In this document: piece after piece, positions 25,265 to 38,340 of the stretch
Numbering within the stretch: the first letter of the stretch is position 1
How the letters are laid out: the number at the start of each line of letters is the position of its first letter
Assembly: GCF_964188315.1 (NCBI RefSeq)
Contig: NC_135661.1
Coordinates: 45,322,001 to 45,386,000, forward strand
Reading direction: 5' to 3'
Source: Podarcis muralis
Lineage: Eukaryota
DNA length: 64,000 nucleotides
Program-made: the position numbers and the translations under genes
Notes under the pieces: generated by a model
What the model was told of the DNA's origin: nothing
The model's input: only the letters and a program-made list of their open reading frames with translations
The model's database searches: none

Positions 25265-28200
25265 ACTTTTTTTTTTAAAGAAATGTGCTTTCACATGATT
25301 TTTAGAAGTGTGCTGGTCAAGCACGATGAGGAAGCTCTGGTGCCTGTGGTGGGAAATTGAGCAGGGTGGTCCCAAACATGCAAGATGCATTATTCTGCTC
25401 AATAGGATGCTGGGACCCATTGGGACTGGTAGGGCAGCAAGGGAAATGTGACTGAGGCAACTTGGCTTTTTGTTGTCTGACTTGGGTGGATAGATGTTTA
25501 GCTGACTGGCCAGATCAACTGCTGGATCAGGATCTGAAACTGAGTTGCACCTGAAGCATAGCTGCTGTTTTCTGTTAAGCGTTTTGTTTTTGTTTTTAAA
25601 TGAAGAACATAGGAAGCTGCATTAGACTTAGTCAGACCACTGGTCCATCTATTGCCTACAGTGACTGGGGTTTCAGGCAGGGTTCTCTCTAAGCCCTACT
25701 GGGAGATGCTGGTGACTGAACTAGGGACCCCCTGCATGGAAAGCAGATGCTCTCCCACTGAGGTATGGCCATTCCTTAATTAAAATATAAGCAGAAAGAT
25801 GGGGAGAAATGTTTTCACCCTTCTAACTAGTTGGAAAGATAAAAGGGAGAAGATAGCTGAACATGTTTCTAACACATGCAGATTCAAAAGCAGGTCTTAG
25901 GCCTGAAAGGTTGGAGAGCTTTGGACTAGTCCAGCTCTTGGCAGGGTGTATGCCTAGCTGGCCCCTTGCTCATTCCTACTGCGTGCAAGAATTCTATACA
26001 CTGGCAAACCAAAATGGTGTTAAGTGCTTATTTCAACCTTCAAGATAGTGAACACAAAGAAATCTGCATGATGATGTGGCTTATGCAAATATTATATGCT
26101 AATTTGAATTCTCCCAGGATGTTTTAGATACCTGCTGATAGCAGTGACTGTATATGTCCGTCAGTGGGAGGGGAGCATCATCAGGAATTAAGACATGTGC
26201 CAACGCACTGAGCTCTGTGGCCCTCAGTATACTGACTTGATCTGGCTTTGCAAGGTGTCCAGCTTCTTGCTAGATCTCTTGCCTGAGCCCTTGGCACCTG
26301 CCTCTCCATTAATGAAAAAGAAAAGGTTTCAAGCATAATATCCTTCCACATCGCTTTCATTTTTCTCCTGCAAAAAGCAACTGACGAAAGGAAATAGAAG
26401 CATCTCTAACAAATCACCCATTCATCCCAGCTGCATTTCTACCAGGTCAGGATCATCTGCACTGAAATGGTTTTTAGGGAGATGTTTAATTTACCATTCT
26501 AAATTGAAGGAAGGTAGTCTTCTCTTGTTTTGTTCATTTTAAGTCTGACCAGCTAAGATGCTCATAGTCTGTAGTAGGGGATCTTAAATCATGACAAACT
26601 AGCCAACAGCAGCTGCTTCCACCTCACGAGAGACATTTCGCAGCCTAAGACATTGATTTGCTGTGAATAATTATCTTGTACAATTACTGGGGTCCACCAG
26701 CAGAGGACAGTAGTGGCCAGGTACAGGGTTCAGGGCATCTCTTCGTTCCCACTGTTGGCCTTAAACATGGTGCAGTAATTTACCTGTAGAGAGTCACTGC
26801 AGGCCATGTTCACAACCAGCCAGCCACGTGAAAGTCTCTGGGATTTAAGAACTCTAAATGAGGGTCCGTGACCCACCATTCACTCCCACTTGGAAGCTGT
26901 TGCCAAGCAGGGAGGGGTTGAAATTGGGATGTAAAGGGTTATTCTGTGCTGCAGCACCCACTTGATGCAGTGATATCTTAAATCAATTTGAAGATTGTTT
27001 CCAAGCCCGATTGCTTTGTAAGGAATCTGCTTTTGTGTCAGGTCTGCAGATACAGAAGGGTTAAATTGCGAATCTCCATGCGCTGTGAGCCTCCCATCCA
27101 AATCCACCTCTTCTCAAGGCTAGTGACTGAGTTAATAGATGGTCAACTGGTCAACCTGCAGTCCTGTATCAGGGCCACAGCATGCCTGCTTCCCACATAA
27201 CATAACCTGTTACTGGTCCCCTAACAAGCACAAGGTCCACAGAAAACTAACCAAGCTTTTCTCTGCTTTGTTGGTGGAGGTAACTCTTCTAGGTGCCTGA
27301 AACTACAATTTTTGCATGGAAAGGAGAACGCTTGAAGTACAGAGCTGTCAGGGCTTTTCACCATTACCCCCCTCCCAAAAAAAAAAAAAACTGGCTAGGA
27401 GAGTTTGCGCAGCCTAAATAACTCTCGTCTGTCATTTCCAGAGGGGAGGAAATGTTTTATGTACTCCGACTACCCCACAGGGAGGCAATTAATCCTGCTA
27501 CTGCTGTCCATCACCCTTCACTGCAACCCTGTCCAGGGTTTGGTTTGGGGGGTTGTTGTTCTGGGGTGGCGGAACTAGATTGCCTGTTAACCTTATTAAC
27601 CCTTTCCAACCCTGCCATGCTGCTCAATCCTGCCAGCTCTTAAAAGATATGGATTCTCTTTGCCCTTCCTATGACTTCAGTGCCACTTGGCTCCAGGGTC
27701 CTTTAGAAATGAAGGACAAGCCTGAAAGGGGAGTCTTTCAGGCAGCAAAACATAAGCAGCAGCCCCATCTCCTCTACCTTAGCTTTGTGTTAGTGTAAAA
27801 GGCAGCAGCAGCTTTTCCATGACGCAGAATCAAGTGCAGCTTTTCAGATTAATTATATTAAAAAAAGAAACAGGCACTTGAATTCCACTTCACATGAGCC
27901 TATGACTGTTTGAAGCTTGCTGGGCCTACTTAGCATCCTTCCTAATACTGAACTTCTTATCCAACTATGGATCCTTATACAGGCTTCTGTTAGGTAAGAC
28001 TCCACGTCCAACAATCCCTTTCTCTGCACACTCTCAGCATAGGGTCTCTCTCATCCCCTCCTGACCCATTTAGGTGGAGGTGCCAGAGGGGCCTTCTGTG
28101 TATGCAAAGCAGGTGCTCCTATGATTCATCCTTGCCTGCAGTTCTGAGGAGCAGAGACTTGCTGTGTTTGTACGATGTATCATCCAAATGGAGGATGCAT

Positions 28201-28314
28201 TCACCATATATCTGTAAATTAAAAATAATCCCTCAGCCATTTAAATAATCTTCCAGAGTGCTTGTGAAGGCACCCAGTTTCCGCCTCTGTTCTGTGACAA
28301 GTGCTTTCAAAAGT

Positions 28315-28331
28315 TTATTTATTTATTTATT
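28315..28331 (-). terminator. Candidate ENKD1 polyadenylation signal(s)
   Basis: (TTTA)n on the plus strand gives overlapping AATAAA on the minus strand about 750 nt past the stop. Confidence 0.35.
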
Positions 28332-29066
28332 TAAAAACCTACCCAACTATTTAAGTTAAAATTGAACACCTATCCCTCTGAGCACTGGCCGCTTGTCCAG
28401 CCAATGCGTCTACCTGAACCGTCTTGCAAAAAAGCAGAACAACACCCAGGGTGCCAGCTCAGTCCTGCTGTACTGTTAGAGCTCCTCAATGCCCTCTTCC
28501 CAGAGGGGCATCTCTGCAAATTCAAGCTGTGGCTACAGAGGATTTACAGATCTCACAACGGCCAGATTCCTCTGAGACCAAGCACCTCTCTCTCCCCTCC
28601 TCCACCACCAACCATCCCATCTCCTTTTTGGCAACCTACTCCTTTTGCCTGAAGAACAAGGAAGGGGAGCCTGTGGCCTTCCAGATGCAGTTTGAACTAC
28701 AACTTTCATCACCCTTGAACTCTGGCCGGGCTGCCTGGGGCAGATGGAAATCAAAGTTCAGTAACTTTTGGTAGGCCACAGATTCTCCCTGCCCTTGGGT
28801 GTGAAGCAAGACAAGCAGACAGGTATGATTGAGACCTCTGTTGCATCCCAGCTCCTGAAAGGCTGGGCGCCAAGAGCAAGCACCAGAGAGTGGTCAGCCA
28901 CACAAGTGTGGGGCAGAAGCTTGCATCACTGAGTCAGCCAGCAAGGATGGCTGAGAGGGGGAAGAGGATTTCTGGCTGAGTGAAAGAGCAAGGAAGGAAA
29001 AAGAGACCTTTCCTCTCCATTGCAGTCCAGAAGAGAAGGCTGGGAAAGGGAGCATCTTGCCTCTGC

Positions 29067-29227
29067 CTAGGAGTCCAGCTTGATAAAGACTTTGGGCCGA
29101 GAGAATATTTTGAGTGCCTCCTCGATCTGCGACAGCTTATTCTCCAGGGTGGCACGTCTGTTCTGGACGCTGAGGGTGTCGGTTCGCACTGGAAGCAGCA
29201 GGAGGTCTTTCAGGAAGCGCTCTTGGC
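29067..29227 (-). CDS. ENKD1: ENKD1 last coding exon
   Basis: QERFLKDLLLLPVRTDTL...IFSRPKVFIKLDS*; 161 nt. Confidence 0.95.
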
Positions 29228-32200
29228 CTAAGAGAGAAGAGGAAGAGTGACCAGCTTACAGTTAAGGATGCCTGCTCAATTCAGTCAGTGCAGATAAGAC
29301 TGAGCTAGATATACGGCTAGATTGACAACAACATGACTTGGTATAAGACATCTTCCTATGTTCCATAGAGCCTCTGCCAGGTGTGGGGGGCCATGTGGCC
29401 CTCCAGATGTTGTTGAATTAAACCTCCCATCATTGCTGCCCATTGGCCACCCTGGCTGGGGGTGGTGGGAGCCAGAGTCCAGAAACATCTAGAGGGTGGC
29501 AGGTTCCACATTCCTGAACTAGACCGTCCTGGGCCGACCCGGCACGAAGCAGCTTCACATGTCTTGCATTCCGCCCTCCTTACTTTGTTTGAGGTTGTTG
29601 AGCGTCTCCAACCGCTGGCTCTCTGGCATCATGGTGTGGCCAGGTGGCATGGAGGGGTCAGGCATGTTGCGCTGGCGCTCCTCTGCCTCTTTGCGCCAGT
29701 GGTCCTTCCTCTCAATCAGGCTAAATCACAGCAGAAAGAGCATAGCGGTTAAGGTGAGGAAAGAATGGCAGAGAAAGCTAGGAGGAAACAGCACCTCAGA
29801 CTTCAAGGAACAGAGCATGGCCTAGCCTCACGTCTCTCCCCTCGGGGTCCTACAAACCAATTAAGTGGTAAAGAAACAGCTAGAAGAGCAGTTGGGACAG
29901 GGGGCAGGAAGAGATGTGGTGTTTACTGCAGTCAGGGCCATCAATCCAGCCTCTCAGAAATGAAACTCCAGGAGGAGGGGTTTCAAACACAGGCATAACA
30001 TGGCCACCCAGACTTGTGCCTCTCACCAACTGCGTGGAGATATTCCAAATCATTAGAAGTTTTTGAATTGTCTTCAAGGGCAGCCCCACAAAGAGCACAT
30101 TGCTGTAGTCTAATCCCAAAGTTATCAAGCCATGAATGAGGAATAGCCAGGTCATTTTCAGCAGTGAGTATAGCTGGCCAATCAGTCCAAGCCAAAAAAA
30201 GCATTCTATGCTGCAGACACCACCTGAAAATCCAAGAACAGAGCTGCACCCAGAAGTAAGTTTTCCCTTCTATATCTTTATGAAGAGTTGTGACCCCACC
30301 CATTTCATCCATCCAGAATGGCAGAATCTCCAATTCAGAATACTGTTTTATTTATTTCAAATCACAAACAAAAGGGGCTAGAAACTTCCTCGAAAAAATA
30401 AAGCAGAGATTCTGGGAAAACTAAATTCAGCAGCTGATATGAGATGCCATCATGCTCATATGCACATGGGCAGAATGCTCCCAAACTTACTTCTCGTGTT
30501 TATGCCAGACAGACTGGTGTGTCTGAGATGGTAAATCTGTTCCTGCCATTTCAGACTGCAGGTGGTGGATCACATGACTGAAAACTCTCCATTTAAAAAC
30601 GAACTCACCACATATGTAAGGCTACTGTGTCAGGGAGAACAGCTCTCACTTAGCTTTCTCCTTGACATGCTAGTTTTCTATGGGAAGGGAAGGGGTATTC
30701 AAACCTGTGACCACCACTTTGCAGTCTTGTAGAAAGGTTGAACATTGATTTATTTACTTTTATTTTTCAACCTTATATTAATTGGGAGGCCTGTTGTAAC
30801 ACAGAAAAGCATGGATAGCAGTATTTTAAACAAATAAATACTGAAGCCAGATGGGTCAGGGGTGAGTTGGATACCTACTAGTGGGGGACATGGCCTTTCT
30901 GCTTAGCATTGTACTCTTCCTGATCCTTGCGTTTCTGCTCCAGCACTTTGGTCAGCGACTGCAAGGAGCGTGAGCGCCGCAGCTGAGCCCGTTTGGCGTT
31001 CCGGGCGTTGTGGCTGACAAAGTCCACCCCTTGACTCTCCTCCTGGTTCTGTAAAGAGAAGGGCAAAGAGCTGGAAGGCAAAGAGCTTCGGGTGTCAGGA
31101 AACATTTTCTATAGACTAGGGACAGGTTTGGTTTAATTTCTCCTAGACTCTAGCCAACTTTGAAAGCATGGATCACGTCTTTGTGGCAGGGGGAGGGAAT
31201 ATTCCCCCCATCAGATCAAAGAAACAAAATAATTTGCGGGTCACAGAGAACTTTCCAAGAGTGCTTTGGAAGTGCTGGCAGTCAACCTGATGCGCAACTG
31301 CAAAAAGTGTCCCTCCCTCTGCCTTGGGTCACCACAGAGCTCCATCATTTACTGCACCCCTGGAAAGGAGAGGTTGGGAGGAGGTCGGCTAAAGCACTAA
31401 CCACTCATGAGGAAACGGAAGTATAAAGCAGATTGCATCAGCACCGGTGGGCATCTCCCCGCCCCCCACCTTGACACTCCCATTCTGTGATTCTGCAGCT
31501 GCTGCATCTGCTGTTGCTCCGGACTGGGCAGGGTTTGGAGACGGTGACCTGCATGGACGAATTCCTGCACCGCAGCGCGAATAGGCTCTCAAGTATCTCT
31601 GATGCTCTGGATTCGGAGGACTGGGACTCTCCTAGGAAAGAGGAAAACAGGAGGAAGAATTACTGCACAGTCACAGACGGGTGTAGACTGAAGAACCCAG
31701 AGAACATCACTGATCAACCTTCAGCATAGTCTATTGCACCTGTTCCTGATGACCACCACCTACGTTGTTTTAAACTGGGACATCAGACAGGGGTTGCCAA
31801 TATTCTCAGATCTGTGGGCACATTTGGAATTTTGAGAGAGTGCCATCAGCACAATCCCATCTGTTTCTTCTTTGTTCACTGCCTACATCACTTTCCTCTC
31901 AGCAGACAGAGAGACTGCATGTAAAATGTATAGCCAATAAGCAGTAGTAGAAATACCTGCAGCTTTGCTTTGACTTTAGACTCCACACTCTCATACTTCT
32001 GAGACTTCCACAGGGCCTTCACGGGCTTTGGTTGGCTGAGCTCCCGAGCCTGCTCCTTCTCTCTGCATTTCCGCTGAATCTCTCGCATGCGCCTCAGATT
32101 TTCCTTCTCATAGTCCTTGTGATCTTTGCCTGCATTGGCAAGAGAAAGAAAACATTGCCCTACAATCCTTGAGCTACAGGCACAAAAGCCTCTCTCCCTT

Positions 32201-33587
32201 GAACTTCCTTATGTTTTCCTTGTAAAAAAACAAACAAATAGACAGCTCACCTGTAACTTGTGGAGAGAGACAAGAACTCATATTTCTCTCCGTGTTACAG
32301 AGGTTGTACAGCCAGGATTACACCACAGGTCAGAGGTAGCCAAAGTGTTGCCCTCCAAATGTTGTTGACTGCAACTCCCATCAGTCCTAGCCTCCATCAT
32401 CCCATCCCATCAGGCATGATGGGAGATAGCCACATGGCCTATCACTGCTGTAGGTGAAGAAACCCACTGTAACCACTGTTAAGATGGTTAGGCTGAAAAA
32501 CAGTGGCTGGCCTGAAGGTCACCCAGTGAGCTTCATGGCTGAGTGTAGATCTGAATCGGGGTCTTCTGAGTCCCAGTCAAATACTCTTAACGGCTACACC
32601 CCCCCCCTAATGCCGTCAACAGCAGGCTGGCATCTGTCCCTATGTTGCGACCACACTTACGCTTAGGTGTCACCTCCTGGAAGAAGGAGATCCCATCCAG
32701 CTGCAGGAGAGCTCCCACTGTGCCCTTCTTTCCCATCTCTAGAATGTCCTTGGCATTTGGCTTAATCCGTGGAGGAGGGTGAGCAAGGCGGGCACTGTAG
32801 CATTCAGGGTAGAGGCTGCATTCTGGAGGAATGGGGCCGGGCAGCAGATCCAGCTTCAGAGAGTTCCCTTCCAGTCTCCCTCGTGCTAAAGATGGAAAAA
32901 GAGAGTTGAGAAAGACCGCAGCTCAGAGATAAAGTTAATGCAGATGCTCTCAGGTCAAATCTCTGAACACTTCCAGTTAAAAGGAGGCGATGGGAAAGAC
33001 CCCGGGCCCAGGACCCTGAAGAGCTGCTGCAGGTCAGAATAGACAATACTGGGGTATAAGGACAAATGATCTGACTTGGGAAAAAGAAGTTTCCTATGGT
33101 CCTATTTTCCTAAGAGTATGAGAATTTACACATTCTGTCACCCTAAATTAGCACTTTTTCTAGACCAAATCATTCCTGACCAGTGTCCTCCCCAGCCTGC
33201 TCCAGCTCAACCTCAAGTATCAAGTAGCTGCTTGATTACTGCTCTCTTAAAGGTCCTTTATTAGGGGTGCAGAACCTGATGCCACTGAGCTCCCATCAGC
33301 TCCAGCCAGCATAGCCAATGGCCAGGGGTAATGGGAGTTGCAGTCCAACAAGCTGAAGTCGTCGGCAAGGGCTAGTGAGTGCTTAGAGGATTCTACCCAT
33401 TATAGAGAAAAATATGGATCCTTCTCTTTTCCAGAGGTGAAAAGGAAAACTGATTATGCACTGAGATTACCAGGGTACCCCAGGATCACACAGCACACTC
33501 ACCTGATAGGGGACGCCTGTAGTAATCGGGACAAAGGGAGGGATCAGGGGGAATGGGCCCTGTAATCCTGGAGGGCCCCTCTGACAT
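29067..33587 (-). CDS. ENKD1: Enkurin domain-containing protein 1; complement(join(29067..29227,29584..29720,30879..31048,31470..31631,31957..32129,32661..32885,33503..33587)), 370 aa
   Basis: Translates MSEGPSRITGPIPPDPSLCPDYYRRPLSARGRLEGNSLKLDLL...KDYEKENLRRMREIQ...KALWKSQKYESVESKVK...GVDFVSHNARNAKR...QKGHVPHYLIERKDHWRKEAEER...PDPSMPPGHTMMPESQRLETL...KIFSRPKVFIKLDS*, closely resembling recalled human ENKD1. 1113 nt; phases 1,1,0,0,2,1 all consistent. Confidence 0.95.
29584..29720 (-). CDS. ENKD1: ENKD1 coding exon 6 (enkurin domain, part)
   Basis: LIERKDHWRKEAEERQRNMPDPSMPPGHTMMPESQRLETLNNLKQ; 137 nt. Confidence 0.95.
29925..30340 (-). mobile_element. Decayed L2-like LINE fragment in ENKD1 intron
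   Basis: Peptide LIHGLITLGLDYSNVLFVGLPLKTIQKL resembles the conserved L2 post-RT motif (LDYCN.LY.GLP.K.I.KLQ). Confidence 0.65.
30879..31048 (-). CDS. ENKD1: ENKD1 coding exon 5
   Basis: NQEESQGVDFVSHNARNAKR...QKGHVPH; 170 nt. Confidence 0.94.
31470..31631 (-). CDS. ENKD1: ENKD1 coding exon 4
   Basis: ESPSPPNPEHQRYLRAYSRCG...GSVK; 162 nt. Confidence 0.9.
31957..32129 (-). CDS. ENKD1: ENKD1 coding exon 3
   Basis: KDHKDYEKENLRRMREIQRK...KAKLQ; 173 nt, AG/GT flanks. Confidence 0.94.
32661..32885 (-). CDS. ENKD1: ENKD1 coding exon 2
   Basis: tttccatctttag|CACGAGGG ... AAGC|gtaagt; 225 nt. Confidence 0.93.
33503..33587 (-). CDS. ENKD1: ENKD1 first coding exon (the exon extends as 5'UTR to an acceptor at 33685)
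   Basis: ATG at 33587; donor CAG|gtgagt; upstream acceptor cctgttcttccag|. Confidence 0.93.
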
Positions 33588-36500
33588 CTCAGCCTCAGCT
33601 CCAGAACAGGAATCAAGAACCGCAAGATCTCACTTTCCTTAGTTCTTCCTCCTTCAAAGTCACTGGCAAAGCATGGCCAATTTATCTGGAAGAACAGGAA
33701 ACTGTAGGGAAGCTGCTGCAAGGAACTCAGCAGCATTATATCCTCAGTGTTGGTTTTATTTCACATCTCCCACATCATGCTAGTCTTAGAAACATTGCTA
33801 CTATTATCATGTCATACATGTTAACTACTGCAATAAAGCACACATTTGTATTATATTTATTTCTGTCCCGCCTTTTCCCGAGAGATAAATACAGCTGCTT
33901 ACAGATAAATTAGAAACAGCTAAAAACATGAGGCAAGAGGCAGAATTTAAAAAACAATGAAACATTAATAGAATTAAAACTAACTAACTATATATATGAT
34001 CTATTAAAAGATACAGTTATAATAGAATACATCACAACCCCAGTTCTTTCCTTAAAATGAGTCAGTTCCCCAAAGGCTGTTGGAATAAGAAAGTCTTCAC
34101 CTGCTGGCAGAAGGGCATGGGAGTATAGATGGAAGTGCCTATAAAAAGCAGGAAGCACAACTGGTTCCGAATATGGTGTCTAGATTGATAATGAATCCCA
34201 CGTATGATAAGTATATTTTTTCTGGGTATAACCTCAGAAGGAAGTTCTTCTAGTAGTCCCAGCACAGACATGGTTAAGCCATAGAATTCGCTACCACAAG
34301 ATATAGTGGTGGCCACCAACTTGGACGGCTTTAAAAGACAACTTTACGGAGGTTAAGGCTTTCAGTAGCAACAACTTATGATCACCATTTGCAATCTCTC
34401 ATAATAATGATTCCAAAAGAGTTTACAATGCAGACTAAAACAATACAGTACAACCCTATATAAGTCTACTCAGAAGTAAGGCAGGTAAGCCATACTTAAT
34501 CCAAGGGTGTATAAGATTTCAGCTTATGGTATATAAACAAAAACAATAAACAGAATTAAATAGCAATTAAAAGAGTGGAGTAAAAGCTTTCATTACCAGG
34601 GTAATACAGCATCCTCCCAGTACTTAAAATACAAACTATTAAAATGCTTGAGAGAACAAAAATGTTTTAATTCAACACTGTAAAAATAATGCAGGAACCA
34701 GGTGAAGGTCCTCCTCAAGGAGGTGGCTCCTTATGAATCGGCCTGGCTTCTGTCATCAACTTTGGAAGGCTTGATCTTTGTGCCAGCCACCCTTGAGATT
34801 AGGGGAGACAGGGCTTTTTCAGTAGTGGTGCCAAGAGTATGAAAGGTTCTCTGTTGCAGTTTTGTTTTTGTTTTTTAATTATTCTTTTCCCCCTCGAAAT
34901 ACTTGAGCATATAATGCTCATGTATTTTGAGATATAAAAAGAATAAAAGTATCTCCTGGAGTTTTAAATTTTGTATTCTCAAAGTTTAATTGCTGCTATT
35001 TGATTGTTATTGTGGAGTTATTTTTAGATTGCCTTTTATTTTTATTCTGTCACATTTTCCTGTTTTTAATTCAAGTATCTTTTATTTTACTGGATAGAAG
35101 TACTCAGCTATCACTATGATGTATCAGTTACAGTCTGGTTTTAGCCTGAAGCATTCAGAGAGGCAACACAGCAATACTAACGGACAAATCAGTTTGTTTT
35201 CTCAACTATGTTAAAAGCTTGGTGTTGAATTACCAGTTGCATTGTTTGTTTGTTTTTACATGTTTTCAGACACAGATATAATTGCTTATACAACACGTGC
35301 GAATATCTTTGAAAAGCAACAGTAAAATAGGCCTCAACGCTGCCAAGTGTTTCTAGTAAAGGCCAAGCTCCTGGGAGCTGTACAGAACCCAAGTCTCTGG
35401 GTTATCACCATTAAGTGGAGCCTCTGTTTCAGTGCCAGCTAGCAAGGGAAACATCTGGCTTTATCTTCCTACCATGGATCTCACCTCCAAAATGTTTCCT
35501 ATGCACCTCCAAACAGACAGTGACACCCCCATCACACCCCAAAGCTACACACAGAACCCTGGAATTCTGCCCACTCAAAACAGGTGCAACCATCACAGCT
35601 GAAGCACAGTGCCAGACATCACAAAGCTGTCAGCGCAGTCAAGCGGGCAAAAAGGCGGCAAGGGGGGGGGGGGAAACCTCTCGAGCAGCCATCTGCCTCC
35701 CATCACCTTCCCAACGCTCACCTCAAGATGCTCCCAGAGCACATTTTACACATTGACTCTCCTACCTCAGCACCTAGGTAAGATACACTCAAGCAGACTG
35801 TTGCTGTTTTTGTAGAGAAGGGATGGCTGAAGCTAAACAACAACAATTGCTTCATATATAGGAAGCCAAATGCCTTCCTCACACCTCCATTAAAAGGGGG
35901 GGGGGGAGAGCGCTTAGCAGGACACTATTGGCTTCATTCCAGGCACAGCACAGAGAATGTGTTTATTCTGTTGGCTTGGAGGGCAAACGGCTGTTAGGAG
36001 CCAAGTACAAACAAGCTGCTGGAAAGGCTCGTTTGCCCTACATCAGGGAAACTGCAGCAGCCTAAAACTGAGGGAAAGGAGGACTTTAGGATCGATTCTT
36101 GCAGTGCAATTAAGGGGCAATTGGTTCAAGCCTGGGAAGTAGCTGGAAAGGCAATTGCAACATGACAAAAGCCCATTTTGGTACAACTCGGGCAGAAGCA
36201 CTCATGATCTGTTGCTCCCCAAGTCCCAAATTACATAATATCCAGACTGATTCACACGTGATGCCTGCATTAGGGCACACTTGACGGGGAAAAGGCTGCC
36301 TGAATCTTTTGCCACAAAGAAAAACTGCAGTTTTGTATGCCAGTCCTGAACTCATATATGGAAGCCATATAGTCATTAATGAAAAGAGCAGTTTCCAATG
36401 GTTCAGGCAGATCATTTGCCACAAGAACAGACCAATACAGATAAGGAAAGGAAAGCAACTAGTCACAACCAAAATGGTTGCACAAATTGATCCTGGGTGC

Positions 36501-36780
36501 CTACCAGGTGGGAATAAAAGACTGAGATCGCTAAAGAGTTCATAAGCTAGTCTATTCCATTTCTTCCCAAATATAACACGCTCCCTCCACAAGTATCATC
36601 TCATATGACCCTTTAAGTCAGAGATGGGTGGACTTCAGTCCTTTTTCAAAATACAGTGTCCATGGTCATCAAATCCAGGTTAAATCCATAAAGCAAGAAT
36701 GCACCCTTAGCCTCCCTTCACAGTTAAGGCATAATTTTAAAAAGAGCTACCACGGATGTAGCAATTAGAATGTCAAACTA

Positions 36781-37105
36781 GGCCCCCATCTGCACTATAC
36801 ATTTAAAGCAGTATCAAACCACTTTAAACAGTCATGGCTTCCCGAAACAAATCCTGGGAACTGCAGTTTGATAAGAGTGCTGAGAGTTACTAAGAGACCC
36901 TCTATTCCACGCACAGAGCTACAATTCAGTGATTTCACTGTCAGCCCCTCTTCCCAGAGAACTCTGGGAACTACAGCTCTGTGAGGGGTACAGGGGTCTT
37001 CCAACAACTCTTTTACAGACTATACTTCCCAGCTTTCTTTGGGGGAAAGCCATGGCTGTTTAAAATGGGATGTTACTTCTTTAAATGTATAGTGCAGATG
37101 GGGCC
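36781..37105. mobile_element. PIF/Harbinger-like MITE
   Basis: About 27-bp TIRs GGCCCCCATCTGCACTATACATTTAAAG / CTTTAAATGTATAGTGCAGATGGGGCC; flanks CTA/TAA. Confidence 0.75.
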
Positions 37106-37489
37106 TAAGACTTGGGGGTTGGGATGGGAGACAGATTCAAATCTTCACCAAGCCATGATGCTCATTAGGACACTATGGGTAGTTTTGCTCACACGTTTGT
37201 ATGCCACCTTGGAATCCTCTTGATGAAAGGTGGAAATGTTTTAAATGATCTACCCTCCTTTCCTCTTTTAAGAGCAACTCTGGTAGATCGGACCAAAGGA
37301 CCGCCAAGTCCATAATTCTGTTTCCACAGTGGACAACCAGATTCCCAGGAGAAGCCCACAAGCAGGACTTGAGTGCAACAAGCTCACTCTCCTCAGCATC
37401 TGGTATTCAGAGAAGCATGCTGCTTCTGATGGCAGAAATAATATAAAGTTGTCAATGGGAGGAGCCATTAATAACCTTTTGAAGCTGTC

Positions 37490-37737
37490 TAAACTGGTGG
37501 CCACTGACTCCTGACAGCAAATTCCACATCTTTAACAGAGATTAGGGAAATGGGGGTAAGGATATCAATGGCTCCTAGCCACAAAGACTAGCTCTTCTTC
37601 CAGGTGCTTCTGAAGGCCAGTCGCTGGGAGCCACAGGTGGGAAGGGCGCTGTTGGGCTCAGGTCCTGCCTGCTGAGCTTCCCGTGGCCACTGTGAGAACA
37701 GGATACCGAACTAAGATGGGCATTTGACCTGATCCCT
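37490..37737 (+). mobile_element. CR1 3'-end fragment abutting the CpG island
   Basis: GGCCACTGTGAGAACAGGAT...AGATGGGC...CTGATCC motif. Confidence 0.55.
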
Positions 37738-37739
37738 GA

Positions 37740-38340
37740 AAGTTGAATTATGCGCTGCGCACGTTAGTTCTTCCTTTTGTCTTGTCTCGAATCTCCCTCC
37801 GCTCGGCTTCCTCGGAGGAGAGCAACTTCTCCCCATGCACTTTCCACGCCACGCGAATGTTTTCACAGCCCCCCCCCCGCCTTTTCACAGCGAGCGCTGC
37901 CCAATCAGACCGAAGGCCCCCTTAGTCCGGCACCCTGTTTCCTCAGAGCGGCTAAGCCCGAGAGCCCACATGCTGCCTCGCCCCTTTCGCAGCCCCCCAC
38001 TCACATTCCTGGTCTCCTCTGCCCAGCGGCGCTGGGCGGCTCTCTCCGAAGAAGCGGCGCGGGAGTCAAATCCCTGGCAGTTGTACTCCCCGCCTCCTGT
38101 CTCTAAGCAACAGGCGCTTCCTGTCGCAGGTTGGACGAAGAGCAGAGGCTCCTGGGAAGTGTACTTCTCGAGCCTCCACGAAATAGCGCTGGGGAGAGCG
38201 AGCGCTGCGTATCTCTGGCGAGCGGCGCCCGCATTGTTTCTCGGAGTACCGACCGCGGGTGAGCAAATGCTTGCTTCGCCAGCAGGAGAATTTCGATGCT
38301 ACCAAATGTCGCCGAGCTCCTCCTTTCATCCGCAACAGAT
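37740..38340. promoter_or_regulatory. CpG island, bidirectional ENKD1/C16orf86 promoter with putative non-coding first exons
   Basis: CpG-rich; minus-strand donor AAT|GTGAGT (exon boundary 38005) and plus-strand donor CGG|GTGAGC (exon boundary 38258); both coding starts lie in downstream exons with their own acceptors. Confidence 0.75.
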
